Shown: positions 37,556-46,664, counted from the stretch's first letter. The stretch is 64,000 nucleotides of DNA from Clostridia bacterium (GCA_016297915.1 JAEDFU010000002.1:31798-95797), one strand, 5' to 3'. Numbers and translations are program-made. Notes: a model not told the origin generated them from the letters alone.

Positions 37556-38464
37556 ATGTACGATATTATTGTAATAGGTGGCGGAATGGCAGGCATGACA
37601 GCCTGTCTTTACGCTTTGAGAAACGGCAAAAAAACTCTTCTTATTGAAGGGTCGAGCATTGGTGGACAGATTGCACAGTCTCCTAAGGTTGAAAACTATC
37701 CAACCAAAAAACAAGTATCTGGCGAGGGGCTTTCGCAAGAACTCTTTGACCAAATAAGTGACCTTGGGGTTGAGTTTGAATTTGATAATATTGATAGTAT
37801 CCAAAAGATAGATAATATTTTTCGTTTAACTGGTGAATTTGGAGTATACGAGGGATACTCTGTCATAATTGCCAATGGAGTCAAACACCGCAAGCTAAAC
37901 TTGCCCAATGAGGATAAATTGGTCGGACATGGAATATACTACTGTGCACTTTGTGACGGACCATTCTTCAAGGGGCGAGAGGTTACTCTGATTGGTGATG
38001 GCAATACTGCGTTGCAGTACGCATTACTGCTTTCGGATATAGCATCCAAGGTTAATTTGGTTATTATGTTTGACAAATTCTTTGGAGACCAAGCACTTGT
38101 TGATTTGGTTGAAAATAAGTCCAATATACAAATTATCCGAAATTCCAAGACTGTTGAACTAAAAGGCGACCAAGAACTTGAGTCAATTGTTTTTGAAAGG
38201 TCGGATAAGACAAGATTTGAGATAAGTGGCACACCGCTATTTGTTGCAATTGGTCAAATCCCTGACAACAAACGCTTTGAAAACTTGGCAGGTCTTGATA
38301 AATTTGGATACTTTGATTCTGACGAGAGCACCAAGACCAAGACCGCTGGACTATTTGTAGCTGGTGACACCAGAAAAAAAGATGTAAGGCAAGTTACAAC
38401 CGCTATGTGCGACGGAGCAATAGCTGCAACTCAAGCATGTAATTATTTGTTCTCGGTTAAATGA
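37556..38464 (+). CDS. trxB: Thioredoxin-disulfide reductase
   Basis: DIIVIGGGMAGMTA, redox CALCDG and GDGNTALQYA. The ATG lies 1 nt after the nrdD stop, with gaggaaag inside the nrdD 3' end. The track start at 37538 is TTG. Ends in TGA. Confidence 0.88.
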   Translation: MYDIIVIGGGMAGMTACLYALRNGKKTLLIEGSSIGGQIAQSPKVENYPTKKQVSGEGLSQELFDQISDLGVEFEFDNIDSIQKIDNIFRLTGEFGVYEGYSVIIANGVKHRKLNLPNEDKLVGHGIYYCALCDGPFFKGREVTLIGDGNTALQYALLLSDIASKVNLVIMFDKFFGDQALVDLVENKSNIQIIRNSKTVELKGDQELESIVFERSDKTRFEISGTPLFVAIGQIPDNKRFENLAGLDKFGYFDSDESTKTKTAGLFVAGDTRKKDVRQVTTAMCDGAIAATQACNYLFSVK

Positions 38465-38552
38465 TTTATTAATCATGGGGAAAATTAAAATAGTTTATTT
38501 GAACAAATTTTGTTCTATCAAAAACACTCAAATTTTATATAAAAAATAAAAA

Positions 38553-38617
38553 AACAGAAAGGTGAATTTTGAGTGACCCCTATGGGGTTTACTTCATTTT
38601 CCTTTCTGTTTTTTTTG
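38553..38617. terminator. Bidirectional two-tier hairpin terminator between trxB and nrdG
   Basis: Outer stem aacagaaagg/cctttctgtt, inner stem acccc/ggggt, with an A-run upstream and T8 downstream. Confidence 0.75.
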
Positions 38618-38619
38618 TT

Positions 38620-39303
38620 TTAGTATCCTCTAAGTTTGGTGGAGGGGATAAATTTTTGCAAATATTCAAGATACTCAGTGGCTGTTTTTTTGTCTATTGC
38701 AGTAAGTCCGCTTGAGATACAATTGCCTGAGTCCACAAACTTTTGCAAATAGTACTTTTTTGCACCAGCTATGAGTTTTGCAATTTTTTGGATATCTTCA
38801 AAGGTGTGTAAACTTTTGACCAAAGTGGTTCTAAACTCATAGTCTACTCCACAGTTTATAATATATTCAATAGTTGTTTTGATTTTGCCAAAGTCATAAT
38901 CTTTGCCAATTGTCTTATTGTAATTATCTTCGGAATTTTTGATATCCATAGCGATATAGTCTACAAGTTTGTTTTCGACCAAATATTTGACCATCTCGGG
39001 ATTTGTGCCGTTAGTGTCCAGTTTGACTAAGTAGCCAATGGATTTGAGTTTGGAAATAAACTTAGGCAAATCTGGACACAATGTAGGCTCGCCACCCGAG
39101 ACACAAACTCCGTCAAGCAGTCCAAATCGTTTGGATAGATACTCCAAAACCTCGGACTCGGAAATCTGAGGTTCACTGCCATTTACTAGCCCAGCGTTAT
39201 GGCAAAATGGACATGCAAAATTGCAACCACTTACAAAAATGGTTGCCGAGATATGACCGTCAAAGTCCACTAGAGATAATTTTTGAAATCCAGATATTAT
39301 CAT
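38620..39303 (-). CDS. nrdG: Anaerobic ribonucleotide reductase activating protein (radical SAM)
   Basis: GCNFACPFCHN radical-SAM cluster motif and VCVSGGEP. 227 aa. Confidence 0.9.
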   Translation of the reverse strand: MIISGFQKLSLVDFDGHISATIFVSGCNFACPFCHNAGLVNGSEPQISESEVLEYLSKRFGLLDGVCVSGGEPTLCPDLPKFISKLKSIGYLVKLDTNGTNPEMVKYLVENKLVDYIAMDIKNSEDNYNKTIGKDYDFGKIKTTIEYIINCGVDYEFRTTLVKSLHTFEDIQKIAKLIAGAKKYYLQKFVDSGNCISSGLTAIDKKTATEYLEYLQKFIPSTKLRGY

Positions 39304-39529
39304 ATTTTTATTGTAGCAAATTATATAAAATTTGTCATATAAAAATACGGTGTAGTGTTAAAAATGATAATAATCATTTTTGATGAGGACTTGCAAATGT
39401 AATAGTTATTATGTCAATGTTTAGATTTGAACTTATCAAATGTGCATATAAACATATCTAAAATTATTTCACAAATCCAAAGTTATTTGTTAAAATAAAA
39501 AATGAATTAAAATATAATATGGAGTTCTT

Positions 39530-42262
39530 ATGAAAGAATATCATAATTTAACACCGGAAGAAGTTTATGCTAAGCTAAATTCAAGTGAAAAAGGTCTCAC
39601 TCAAGATGAGGCAGATGCTAGAATCGCTAGATATGGCAAAAATGCTCTTGATGAGGGCAAGAGCAAGAGTTGGATGCAGAGATTTTTTGCACAAATGAAA
39701 GACCTTATGATAATAGTCCTACTTTTTGCAGCATTAATCTCAGCCATTATTGCTATTGTCGAAAAAAATTATACTGAGCTTATCGATAGTGGAATAATCC
39801 TTTTGATAGTAATTGTTAATGCGGTTATTGGAACTGTTCAGGAGAGCAAAGCCGACCAGGCAATGAAAGAACTAACCAAAATGAACAAGCCAATTGCCAA
39901 GGTTTTGCGTAATGGCGAAATTACTAAGATTAAATGTGAAGATATTGTTGTTGGAGATATAGTAATTTTGGAGGCTGGAGATGTTGTTCCTGCAGACTTG
40001 AGATTAATATCCTCCAAGAGCCTCAAGATTCAAGAGTCGACACTTACAGGTGAGAGCGTCCCAGCCGAAAAGGACTGGAATGTGGAACTTGCCGATGACA
40101 CCCCTCTTGGTGACAGAAAGAACATGGCATATAGTACTGGAGTTGTAACATATGGTAGGGGTACAGGTATTGTTATAAGTACTGGCATGCAGACTGAGGT
40201 CGGCAAAATTGCAGGCATGCTTAATACTCAAGAAAAAAGCGACACTCCACTTCAAAAACAACTTGCCAAGACTGCCAAAATACTATCTTTTATAGTTCTT
40301 GGAATTGCACTTGTAATATTTGTTGCTGGAATTATCAATTCGATAAGTACAAGTAATAATATTGTTGATTCAATTGTTAGTTCGTTTATGACGGCGGTTG
40401 CCATTGCCGTTGCGGCTATTCCGGAGGGGCTCCCTGCGGTCGTAACTATAGTTCTTGCAATTGGCGTTAAGAGAATGAGCGAAAGAAAAGCTATTGTAAA
40501 AAATCTTCCTGCAGTCGAAACTCTTGGCTGTTGCGAAGTAATCTGTTCGGACAAAACCGGAACTTTGACTCTTAACAAAATGACCGTTAAACAGTTTTAT
40601 ACCCCATCAATGGGATTGTTCTACAAGGAAGAAAAAATCCTTGACGATAGTGTCAATATGCTTATTGAGGGCATGGTTCTTTGTAATGATACTGAGGAAA
40701 AAATGGATGAGGAGTTGATTGGTGACCCAACCGAAACAGCTCTCGTTGCATACGCCAAAAAAATTGGAATTAATGTCAAAGAACTCAAAAGTTATGACGA
40801 AAGAATTGACGAGATTCCGTTTGATAGCAAACGAAAACTAATGACAACCGTTCATACAAACAAAGACGGCAGAAAGATTTCTTACACCAAGGGTGCGTTT
40901 GATATGCTACTTAATAGGTGTACAAAGATACTTGATTTGAACAAAGTTAGAGATATAACCGACGAGGACAAGGCCGAACTCAAAAAAGCCAATAAGGAAA
41001 TGGGCACAAACGCTCTAAGAGTACTTGGTCTTGCTTACAAAAATCATTATCTAAACGATCATGACAAATTAGAGGAGGATTTGATATTTGTAGGTCTTGT
41101 TGGAATGATTGACCCTCCACGAAAAGAGGTTGCAGGAGCTGTTGCTACTTGTCGAAAAGCTGGCATGACAGCAATTATGATTACTGGTGACCACTTAGAT
41201 ACAGCTGTTGCTATTGCATCACAAATTGGTATATTCAAAAAAGGCGACAAGGCAATTACTGGAGCGGAGCTTGACAAATTAACCGACGAGGAATTTTTGC
41301 GTGACCTTAGGTCGTACAAAGTATTTGCAAGAGTTAGCCCCGAAAACAAAGTGAGAATTGTCAATGCCTACAAGACATTTAATATAATTGTTGCTATGAC
41401 TGGTGACGGCGTTAATGATGCTCCGTCTATTAAGACTGCAGATATTGGAATTGGCATGGGAATTACAGGCACAGATGTAAGTAAGGGCGCTGCAGATATA
41501 GTCCTTGCCGACGACAACTTTGCTACTATAATTGCAGCAGTTGAGGAAGGTCGAAAAGTTTATTCTAATATCAAAAAAGCAGTGCAGTATTTGTTATCTG
41601 CCAATATAGCCGAAGTGCTTTGTTTGTTTATTACAACGATATTTTTGAAAGTTGAATTTTTGAGTGCTGTAATGATACTATGGGTAAATCTTGTCACAGA
41701 CTCATTCCCAGCTCTGGCTCTTGGCTGTGAGCGTGTCGAAAAAGACATTATGAACGAGCCTCCACGAAAGGCTAATTCCTCTCTCTTTGCAGGGCATACA
41801 GGCAAAAATATTTTGATACAAGGCATAGTTCAAACTGTTCTTACAATGTTGTCTTTTTGTATCGGCGGATATGTCTTGTCTGACGGAATTGTCAATCACC
41901 AAGTTGCAGTAACTATGGCATTTGTAACTTTGTGTCTAATACAACTATTCCATAGTTATAATAGTAGATCGCAAACTCACTCGCTATTTACATCCAATCC
42001 GTTCAGAAATAGAATGTTGAATCTTGCATTTGTAATTGGTGCAGGGCTAACTGCTCTAACATTTATCCCAGCTGTTCAGACATTCTTTGGAACAACTATG
42101 CTAAGCTTAGGCGAGCTTGCAATTGCAATCGGTTGTGCTGTAGCAATTATTCCAATTGTCGAGATTCAAAAATTGATTGAGTATTTGGTCAAAAAGAACA
42201 AACAAAAAAAGATTAATGCTTTTGTTGAAATTGAACAAGACGAAGTTGACGGACAAAATTAA
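39530..42262 (+). CDS. P-type (P2, Ca2+-type) cation-transporting ATPase, paralog of 22219..24840
   Basis: 910 aa with TGES, CSDKTGTLTLN, MITGD and GDGVNDAPSI motifs. Confidence 0.9.
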   Translation: MKEYHNLTPEEVYAKLNSSEKGLTQDEADARIARYGKNALDEGKSKSWMQRFFAQMKDLMIIVLLFAALISAIIAIVEKNYTELIDSGIILLIVIVNAVIGTVQESKADQAMKELTKMNKPIAKVLRNGEITKIKCEDIVVGDIVILEAGDVVPADLRLISSKSLKIQESTLTGESVPAEKDWNVELADDTPLGDRKNMAYSTGVVTYGRGTGIVISTGMQTEVGKIAGMLNTQEKSDTPLQKQLAKTAKILSFIVLGIALVIFVAGIINSISTSNNIVDSIVSSFMTAVAIAVAAIPEGLPAVVTIVLAIGVKRMSERKAIVKNLPAVETLGCCEVICSDKTGTLTLNKMTVKQFYTPSMGLFYKEEKILDDSVNMLIEGMVLCNDTEEKMDEELIGDPTETALVAYAKKIGINVKELKSYDERIDEIPFDSKRKLMTTVHTNKDGRKISYTKGAFDMLLNRCTKILDLNKVRDITDEDKAELKKANKEMGTNALRVLGLAYKNHYLNDHDKLEEDLIFVGLVGMIDPPRKEVAGAVATCRKAGMTAIMITGDHLDTAVAIASQIGIFKKGDKAITGAELDKLTDEEFLRDLRSYKVFARVSPENKVRIVNAYKTFNIIVAMTGDGVNDAPSIKTADIGIGMGITGTDVSKGAADIVLADDNFATIIAAVEEGRKVYSNIKKAVQYLLSANIAEVLCLFITTIFLKVEFLSAVMILWVNLVTDSFPALALGCERVEKDIMNEPPRKANSSLFAGHTGKNILIQGIVQTVLTMLSFCIGGYVLSDGIVNHQVAVTMAFVTLCLIQLFHSYNSRSQTHSLFTSNPFRNRMLNLAFVIGAGLTALTFIPAVQTFFGTTMLSLGELAIAIGCAVAIIPIVEIQKLIEYLVKKNKQKKINAFVEIEQDEVDGQN

Positions 42263-42275
42263 TTAAAAGGCTTTA

Positions 42276-42306
42276 AACATCGGAATTAATAATCCGATGT
42301 TTTTTG
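42276..42306 (+). terminator. Rho-independent terminator after the ATPase gene
   Basis: Hairpin aacatcgga / tccgatgtt followed by a T-run. Confidence 0.75.
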
Positions 42307-42318
42307 CTTGTTATTACT

Positions 42319-42346
42319 TTGTGAAAAAACGATATTGTGATATAAT
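42319..42346 (+). promoter_or_regulatory. Promoter of the TIM-barrel gene
   Basis: TTGTGA, a 16-nt spacer, and an extended -10 TGaTATAAT (42338-42346). Confidence 0.5.
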
Positions 42347-42415
42347 AATATTTGGATTAAACATGGGGATTGAATGGGTAAAAACAAAATTCAATTGTCA
42401 AACATTGAGGTGAAA

Positions 42416-43237
42416 ATGCTAGAAATAGGAATAAATACTAATTGCAATGCAGGGGATACATTTTTTGAAATTTGCGACAATATCAAAAGTGCTGGTTTCA
42501 AGAGTGTAATGGTTGCTTTTTTGCCAAATATGGCTGACGAACAACTTGCATATGCTTGCAAACTTGGATTTGATATTCCATACATTCATTTGGACTACAC
42601 ACTAATAAATAACCTCTGAGTCAAGGGTGGAATTCATGATATGTTGATGAAAGATATATTTGCTCAAATTGATGTTTGTGCAAAATATGATATTCCTATT
42701 GCTGTTATGCATGCAACTGAGGGAAATCCAAATACCCGAGTTATTGAGCCTAGTCAATTTGGACTTTCGGAATTTAAAAAAATTGTAGCCTATGCCAAAA
42801 GTAAAAATGTCAAACTTGCACTTGAAAACTTGGACGAAGGCGGATTTGAACATTTGAGATTTTTGCTAGACAATGTAGGGGATTCTGTAGTTGGATTTTG
42901 CTATGATGCAGGTCATCATAATTTATATAACCAAGCATTTGATTTGTTGCAAATGTATGGCGAAAGACTACTTGCAGTGCATTTGCATGATAATCTTGCT
43001 GACTATGAGTATGGTGATGACTATAGTAGAGATTTGCATTACTTGCCTTTTGACGGAAATCTAGACTATAGCTCAGTTACAAACAAACTCAAAACCATAG
43101 GTTATCAAAATATGGTGCTAGTCGAAACTCACAAAGTTTCGCATGGTGCACCGCACCTTTATGATAATTTAACAAATTACGAGTTTTTGCTCGAAGCAAA
43201 ATCTAGAGCAGAAAAAATTAAAAGCATGCTAATTTGA
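42416..43237 (+). pseudogene. Xylose isomerase-like TIM-barrel protein (sugar phosphate isomerase/epimerase or AP-endonuclease-2 family) interrupted by one in-frame TGA
   Basis: Track ORFs 42374..42619 and 42641..43237 are in the same frame. Reading through TGA 42617-42619 gives the continuous ...PYIHLDYTLINNL*VKGGIHDMLMKDIFAQIDVCAKYDIPIAVMHATEG...LALENL...HLHDN.... The likely start is ATG 42416 behind gaggtg. Confidence 0.6.
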
Positions 43238-43305
43238 AAGTGGTTTTTAAGTAGTTAGGTGTTAAATAATTTTTGACTCAAATAATATTTAGGAAAAGAT
43301 ATTTT

Positions 43306-43857
43306 ATGTACATTTTATCTCAAATACTAGTTTTAATATCTGATGTTTTTTTGATAATATCAACGCTCTGCAAAAAGAAAAAAGCGGTGGTGTTCTTTCT
43401 TTTGATGTCAACAATACTTTTTGCATCGCACTATCTGTGTTTGGGTGGCTGGACTGGTTTTGCAATTGCAGTGATTGAACTTATGTTTCTCATTGTGATG
43501 TATATTTTGGAAGCCAAGCAAAAGACATCTTACAATGTTTATTTGTCAATTGCTACATCTGTATTGACAATAATAGTATCTATACTATCTTGGGCAGGTG
43601 CAATATCTTTGCTCCCAATGATTGCTATGGTTGTATATTTGATAACTATGTGCTTTACAAATCTAATAATTGTCAAAGGCGGTATATTTGTAAGGCTTGC
43701 ACTAAACGGAATTTATATGTTGCTGCTCAAATCATATTTGGGAGCAGGGCTCAGTGTTGTAATACTTATTTTTGATATAATTGGCATCATAAAAGATAGC
43801 AAAAAGTCAAAAGTTCAGGTTTCAAATGAACCAGTTTCAGGCAATAGTAAAAATTAA
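43306..43857 (+). CDS. YgjV-like inner membrane protein (PnuC/SWEET-like small transporter fold)
   Basis: About 183 aa with six hydrophobic segments. The family assignment is from memory of YgjV-type sequences. The track start at 43273 is TTG; I prefer the ATG at 43306. Confidence 0.5.
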   Translation: MYILSQILVLISDVFLIISTLCKKKKAVVFFLLMSTILFASHYLCLGGWTGFAIAVIELMFLIVMYILEAKQKTSYNVYLSIATSVLTIIVSILSWAGAISLLPMIAMVVYLITMCFTNLIIVKGGIFVRLALNGIYMLLLKSYLGAGLSVVILIFDIIGIIKDSKKSKVQVSNEPVSGNSKN

Positions 43858-43894
43858 TATTTGCAAATAAGTTATTTAAGTAAGAGGTTAGGTT

Positions 43895-44638
43895 GTGACA
43901 AAAAAAGATGTGGTCAAAAACATAGTTTTACCAATAGGCATAGTTTTTATATCTATTGTTTTTGCCATAGTTTTTAATGACTTTGGATTGGGGATACTAA
44001 CTCTTTTGTTTGGTTTTTTGAATGCATATTATATGGCTATCGGCAAGTGGTACAATTATCTTTATGGAATAGCTTTTAGTGTTACATATTCAATAACTTC
44101 TGCGTTCAATGGGTTTTATGGCTTTGCAATTTTTACTGTAATTATTTACACTCCAATTCAAATAGTTGGACTTGTAAATTGGTTCAAAAAGCGAGAGCGT
44201 GGAGATGTTTTGGTCAAGTCACTAGGCGTCAAAACAGATATCTTGCTTACATTATTTGTAGTGCTGGGGAGTTTGTTAGTAGGATTTTTGCTAGGGCTTA
44301 TCCCTACACAAAACTTGCCGTACTTGGATGCGGTTTCCCAAATACTCAATCTCAGTGGAATAATACTATCGTGTCTAAGACTATCTGAGCAGTGGATTAT
44401 ATTTTTGTTTAATAATATTGCTGATTTGGCAATTTGGATAACCAATTGTTTGCGTGGTGGTCCAAATGCTCAAATGATGCTTGTTGTATCAATTATGTAC
44501 TTGGTTATGAACATCTATGGCTGGATATATTGGGTATCACTTGAGCGTAAACAAAAACAAAATAAATTTGATGTTATACAATTAAAAAAAGAATCTCAAG
44601 ATAATCAAATTAACAAAAATAAAATAAGTGAGGAATAG
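43895..44638 (+). CDS. pnuC: PnuC-family (nicotinamide riboside / nucleoside-type) transporter
   Basis: 247 aa with 7-8 TM segments and Trp-rich helices (GKWYNYLYG, VNWFKK, EQWIIFLFNNIADLAIW, GWIYW). GTG start behind agaggt. Confidence 0.65.
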   Translation: MTKKDVVKNIVLPIGIVFISIVFAIVFNDFGLGILTLLFGFLNAYYMAIGKWYNYLYGIAFSVTYSITSAFNGFYGFAIFTVIIYTPIQIVGLVNWFKKRERGDVLVKSLGVKTDILLTLFVVLGSLLVGFLLGLIPTQNLPYLDAVSQILNLSGIILSCLRLSEQWIIFLFNNIADLAIWITNCLRGGPNAQMMLVVSIMYLVMNIYGWIYWVSLERKQKQNKFDVIQLKKESQDNQINKNKISEE

Positions 44639-44642
44639 TTTT

Positions 44643-45317
44643 ATGGGATATGTAATTGTTATTGAAGGAACAGACGGATGTGGCAAACAAACACAAACAG
44701 AGATGCTTGTAAACAAACTAAAAGACGCAGGCTTTGATTGTGTAAGACAGAGTTTTCCAAATTACGATAGTCCAAGCAGTGCACCTGTCAAGATGTATTT
44801 GGGTGGCGAGTTTGGTGATAGCGATAGTTCGCTCGATGCTTATCAGGCGGGAGTTTTGTTTGCGTGCGATAGACTCTGCACTTATCAAAAAGACCTTAAG
44901 AATTTTTATGATAGGGGTGGAATAATTATCTTTGATAGATATGTCTCCTCCAACATGTTACATCAGGCTGGCAAAATCAAAGATAGGGCAGAGGTAGACA
45001 AGTACTGCGATTGGCTTGAGAATTTGGAGTTTGATATACTCAAACTTCCAAGACCAGATAGAGTAATTTTTTTGAATGTTCCAGTTGAGGTTAGCATCAG
45101 ACTTGCTCATGAGAGAGTAGGGCTAAAGGCAATGACCAAAAAAGATATTCACGAAAGCAACCCACAACATCTTTTGCATGCATACGAGTCAGGAAGATAT
45201 ATGTGCAAAAAGTACGGCTGGAATGTTGTTAATTGTGTAGAAAACGACACCTTGCGTACGAGAGAAAGTATCTCCGATGAGATATTTGCTATAATCAAGT
45301 CTGATTTGCAAAAGTAA
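44643..45317 (+). CDS. tmk: Thymidylate kinase
   Basis: P-loop VIEGTDGCGKQTQ and DRY motif. The track start at 44628 is GTG; I prefer the ATG at 44643 behind gaggaa. Confidence 0.9.
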   Translation: MGYVIVIEGTDGCGKQTQTEMLVNKLKDAGFDCVRQSFPNYDSPSSAPVKMYLGGEFGDSDSSLDAYQAGVLFACDRLCTYQKDLKNFYDRGGIIIFDRYVSSNMLHQAGKIKDRAEVDKYCDWLENLEFDILKLPRPDRVIFLNVPVEVSIRLAHERVGLKAMTKKDIHESNPQHLLHAYESGRYMCKKYGWNVVNCVENDTLRTRESISDEIFAIIKSDLQK

Positions 45318-45441
45318 GAGGACTGTAGTCGTTCTTGCATATGTGCATGTGTTGGATTTGAGCGACTTGTACAAATACATTTGACAAAACAATGCAAAAG
45401 TTGTAATAATTAGAAAAATTTAAAAGGTAAAGAGTTTTTTT

Positions 45442-46605
45442 ATGGATATAAGAATAATTGCAACCACTTGCGTGGGATATAAGGCTGACAAAAACGAGTT
45501 TGATATGTTTAGCGGAAACAACGCTGGCGTATGCTATATGCCATCAACTTATGATGATTTGATAAACGAGGATAAGTCAAAAACTCTCAAAAGAGTTAAG
45601 ATGACTAAGTCCAACGGACACCATAGCGTGTACGACCACGAGACAATATCTATGTATCTAAGCGATATTCCCAAAATAGTTGCCATGATTATCAATAACG
45701 AGCATCAATACACTACTAGCGAAAAATCCGCTAGATACACCAAAATGGCCATGTCTAGTGGCGAGCAAGCCATTTATAACAAATGGTTGGAAATATTCAA
45801 AACAAGAATAAACAAAAAATACAACTCGGATTATCCGCAGTTTTTGACCCCAAGCAGAATCGAAAAGCTCGCTCAGGAAAACGCCAGATATGTACTCTCT
45901 GTATTTACACCAACATCTTTGGTTTATACAACAACCTATAGGCAATTTAACTATCTAATCGCCTTTATGCAAAATTTTGTAGACAAAAAGAACAAATCCG
46001 AGTTCGAAGCCAAAGTCGCTGAGTGCTTGACAGAGTTTATAGGCAAACTCAAAGAGACCAAGTATTACGACCCAGAGCTTGCTATTAATGACAAAAATAG
46101 ACATTTGAGCTTGTTTGCTGGGGATACTCAATGTGAGGAATACTTTGGCGATGTGTATTGTACAACTTACAAGGCGAGTTTTGCAGAACTTGCCCAAGCA
46201 CAAAGACATCGAACTATCAACTATCAAATGAGACCTATAGCAAACGAATACTATATCCCTCCAATCATTGCTGACAATGAGGATTTGAGTAGACTTTGGA
46301 TTGATGATATCAAGTCGCTCAATAATTTTCCACAAGCGACTTTGCTCGAGGTGATCGAAATGGGAACACTCGACAACTTTGTGCTTAAGTTGTATGAGAG
46401 AAAATGCACCTTTGCGCAACTTGAGGTCAATCAGGTTACAAATGCTACTCTCAAAAAATACGAGAACGCTCTTAGGGTCAAGGTTCACCCTCGTGCCGAA
46501 CAATTGCGAAATTATATCAAGGGCAGTAGATGTACTTTTCCAGGATATAAGTGTCCAAGCCCATGTATGTTCGCACCTGGTGTAAACGAGACAAGAGTTA
46601 TTTAA
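45442..46605 (+). CDS. thyX: ThyX-family (flavin-dependent thymidylate synthase-like) protein, long and divergent
   Basis: GHHSVYDHE and SEKSARY elements, plus AQENARYVLSVFTPTSLVYTTTYRQFNYLIAF, follow the ThyX fold order. The protein is 387 aa and the canonical RHR is replaced (see findings). Confidence 0.65.
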   Translation: MDIRIIATTCVGYKADKNEFDMFSGNNAGVCYMPSTYDDLINEDKSKTLKRVKMTKSNGHHSVYDHETISMYLSDIPKIVAMIINNEHQYTTSEKSARYTKMAMSSGEQAIYNKWLEIFKTRINKKYNSDYPQFLTPSRIEKLAQENARYVLSVFTPTSLVYTTTYRQFNYLIAFMQNFVDKKNKSEFEAKVAECLTEFIGKLKETKYYDPELAINDKNRHLSLFAGDTQCEEYFGDVYCTTYKASFAELAQAQRHRTINYQMRPIANEYYIPPIIADNEDLSRLWIDDIKSLNNFPQATLLEVIEMGTLDNFVLKLYERKCTFAQLEVNQVTNATLKKYENALRVKVHPRAEQLRNYIKGSRCTFPGYKCPSPCMFAPGVNETRVI

Positions 46606-46626
46606 AAAAATGCATATTCCAAAAAA

Positions 46627-46664
46627 AACCACCCTCCACAAATCATGTGGAGAGTGGTTTTTTA
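46627..46664 (+). terminator. Rho-independent terminator after thyX
   Basis: Hairpin aaccaccctccac / gtggagagtggtt (one mismatch) followed by T6. Confidence 0.75.

Noticed and set aside
39304-39360. A search for NrdR boxes upstream of nrdG, comparable to those at nrdD.
   Set aside because: The best candidate (ACACTACACCGTATTT on the minus strand) is not palindromic and has no properly spaced partner, so I do not call it.
42617-42619. The idea that the genome uses TGA as Trp (Mollicutes code 4), which would explain the in-frame TGA.
   Set aside because: All other long genes are intact under the standard code and Trp is encoded by TGG throughout. TGA terminates conserved genes at their expected lengths (trxB at 38462-38464, the TarI-like gene at 20169-20171, and this same TIM-barrel gene at 43235-43237).
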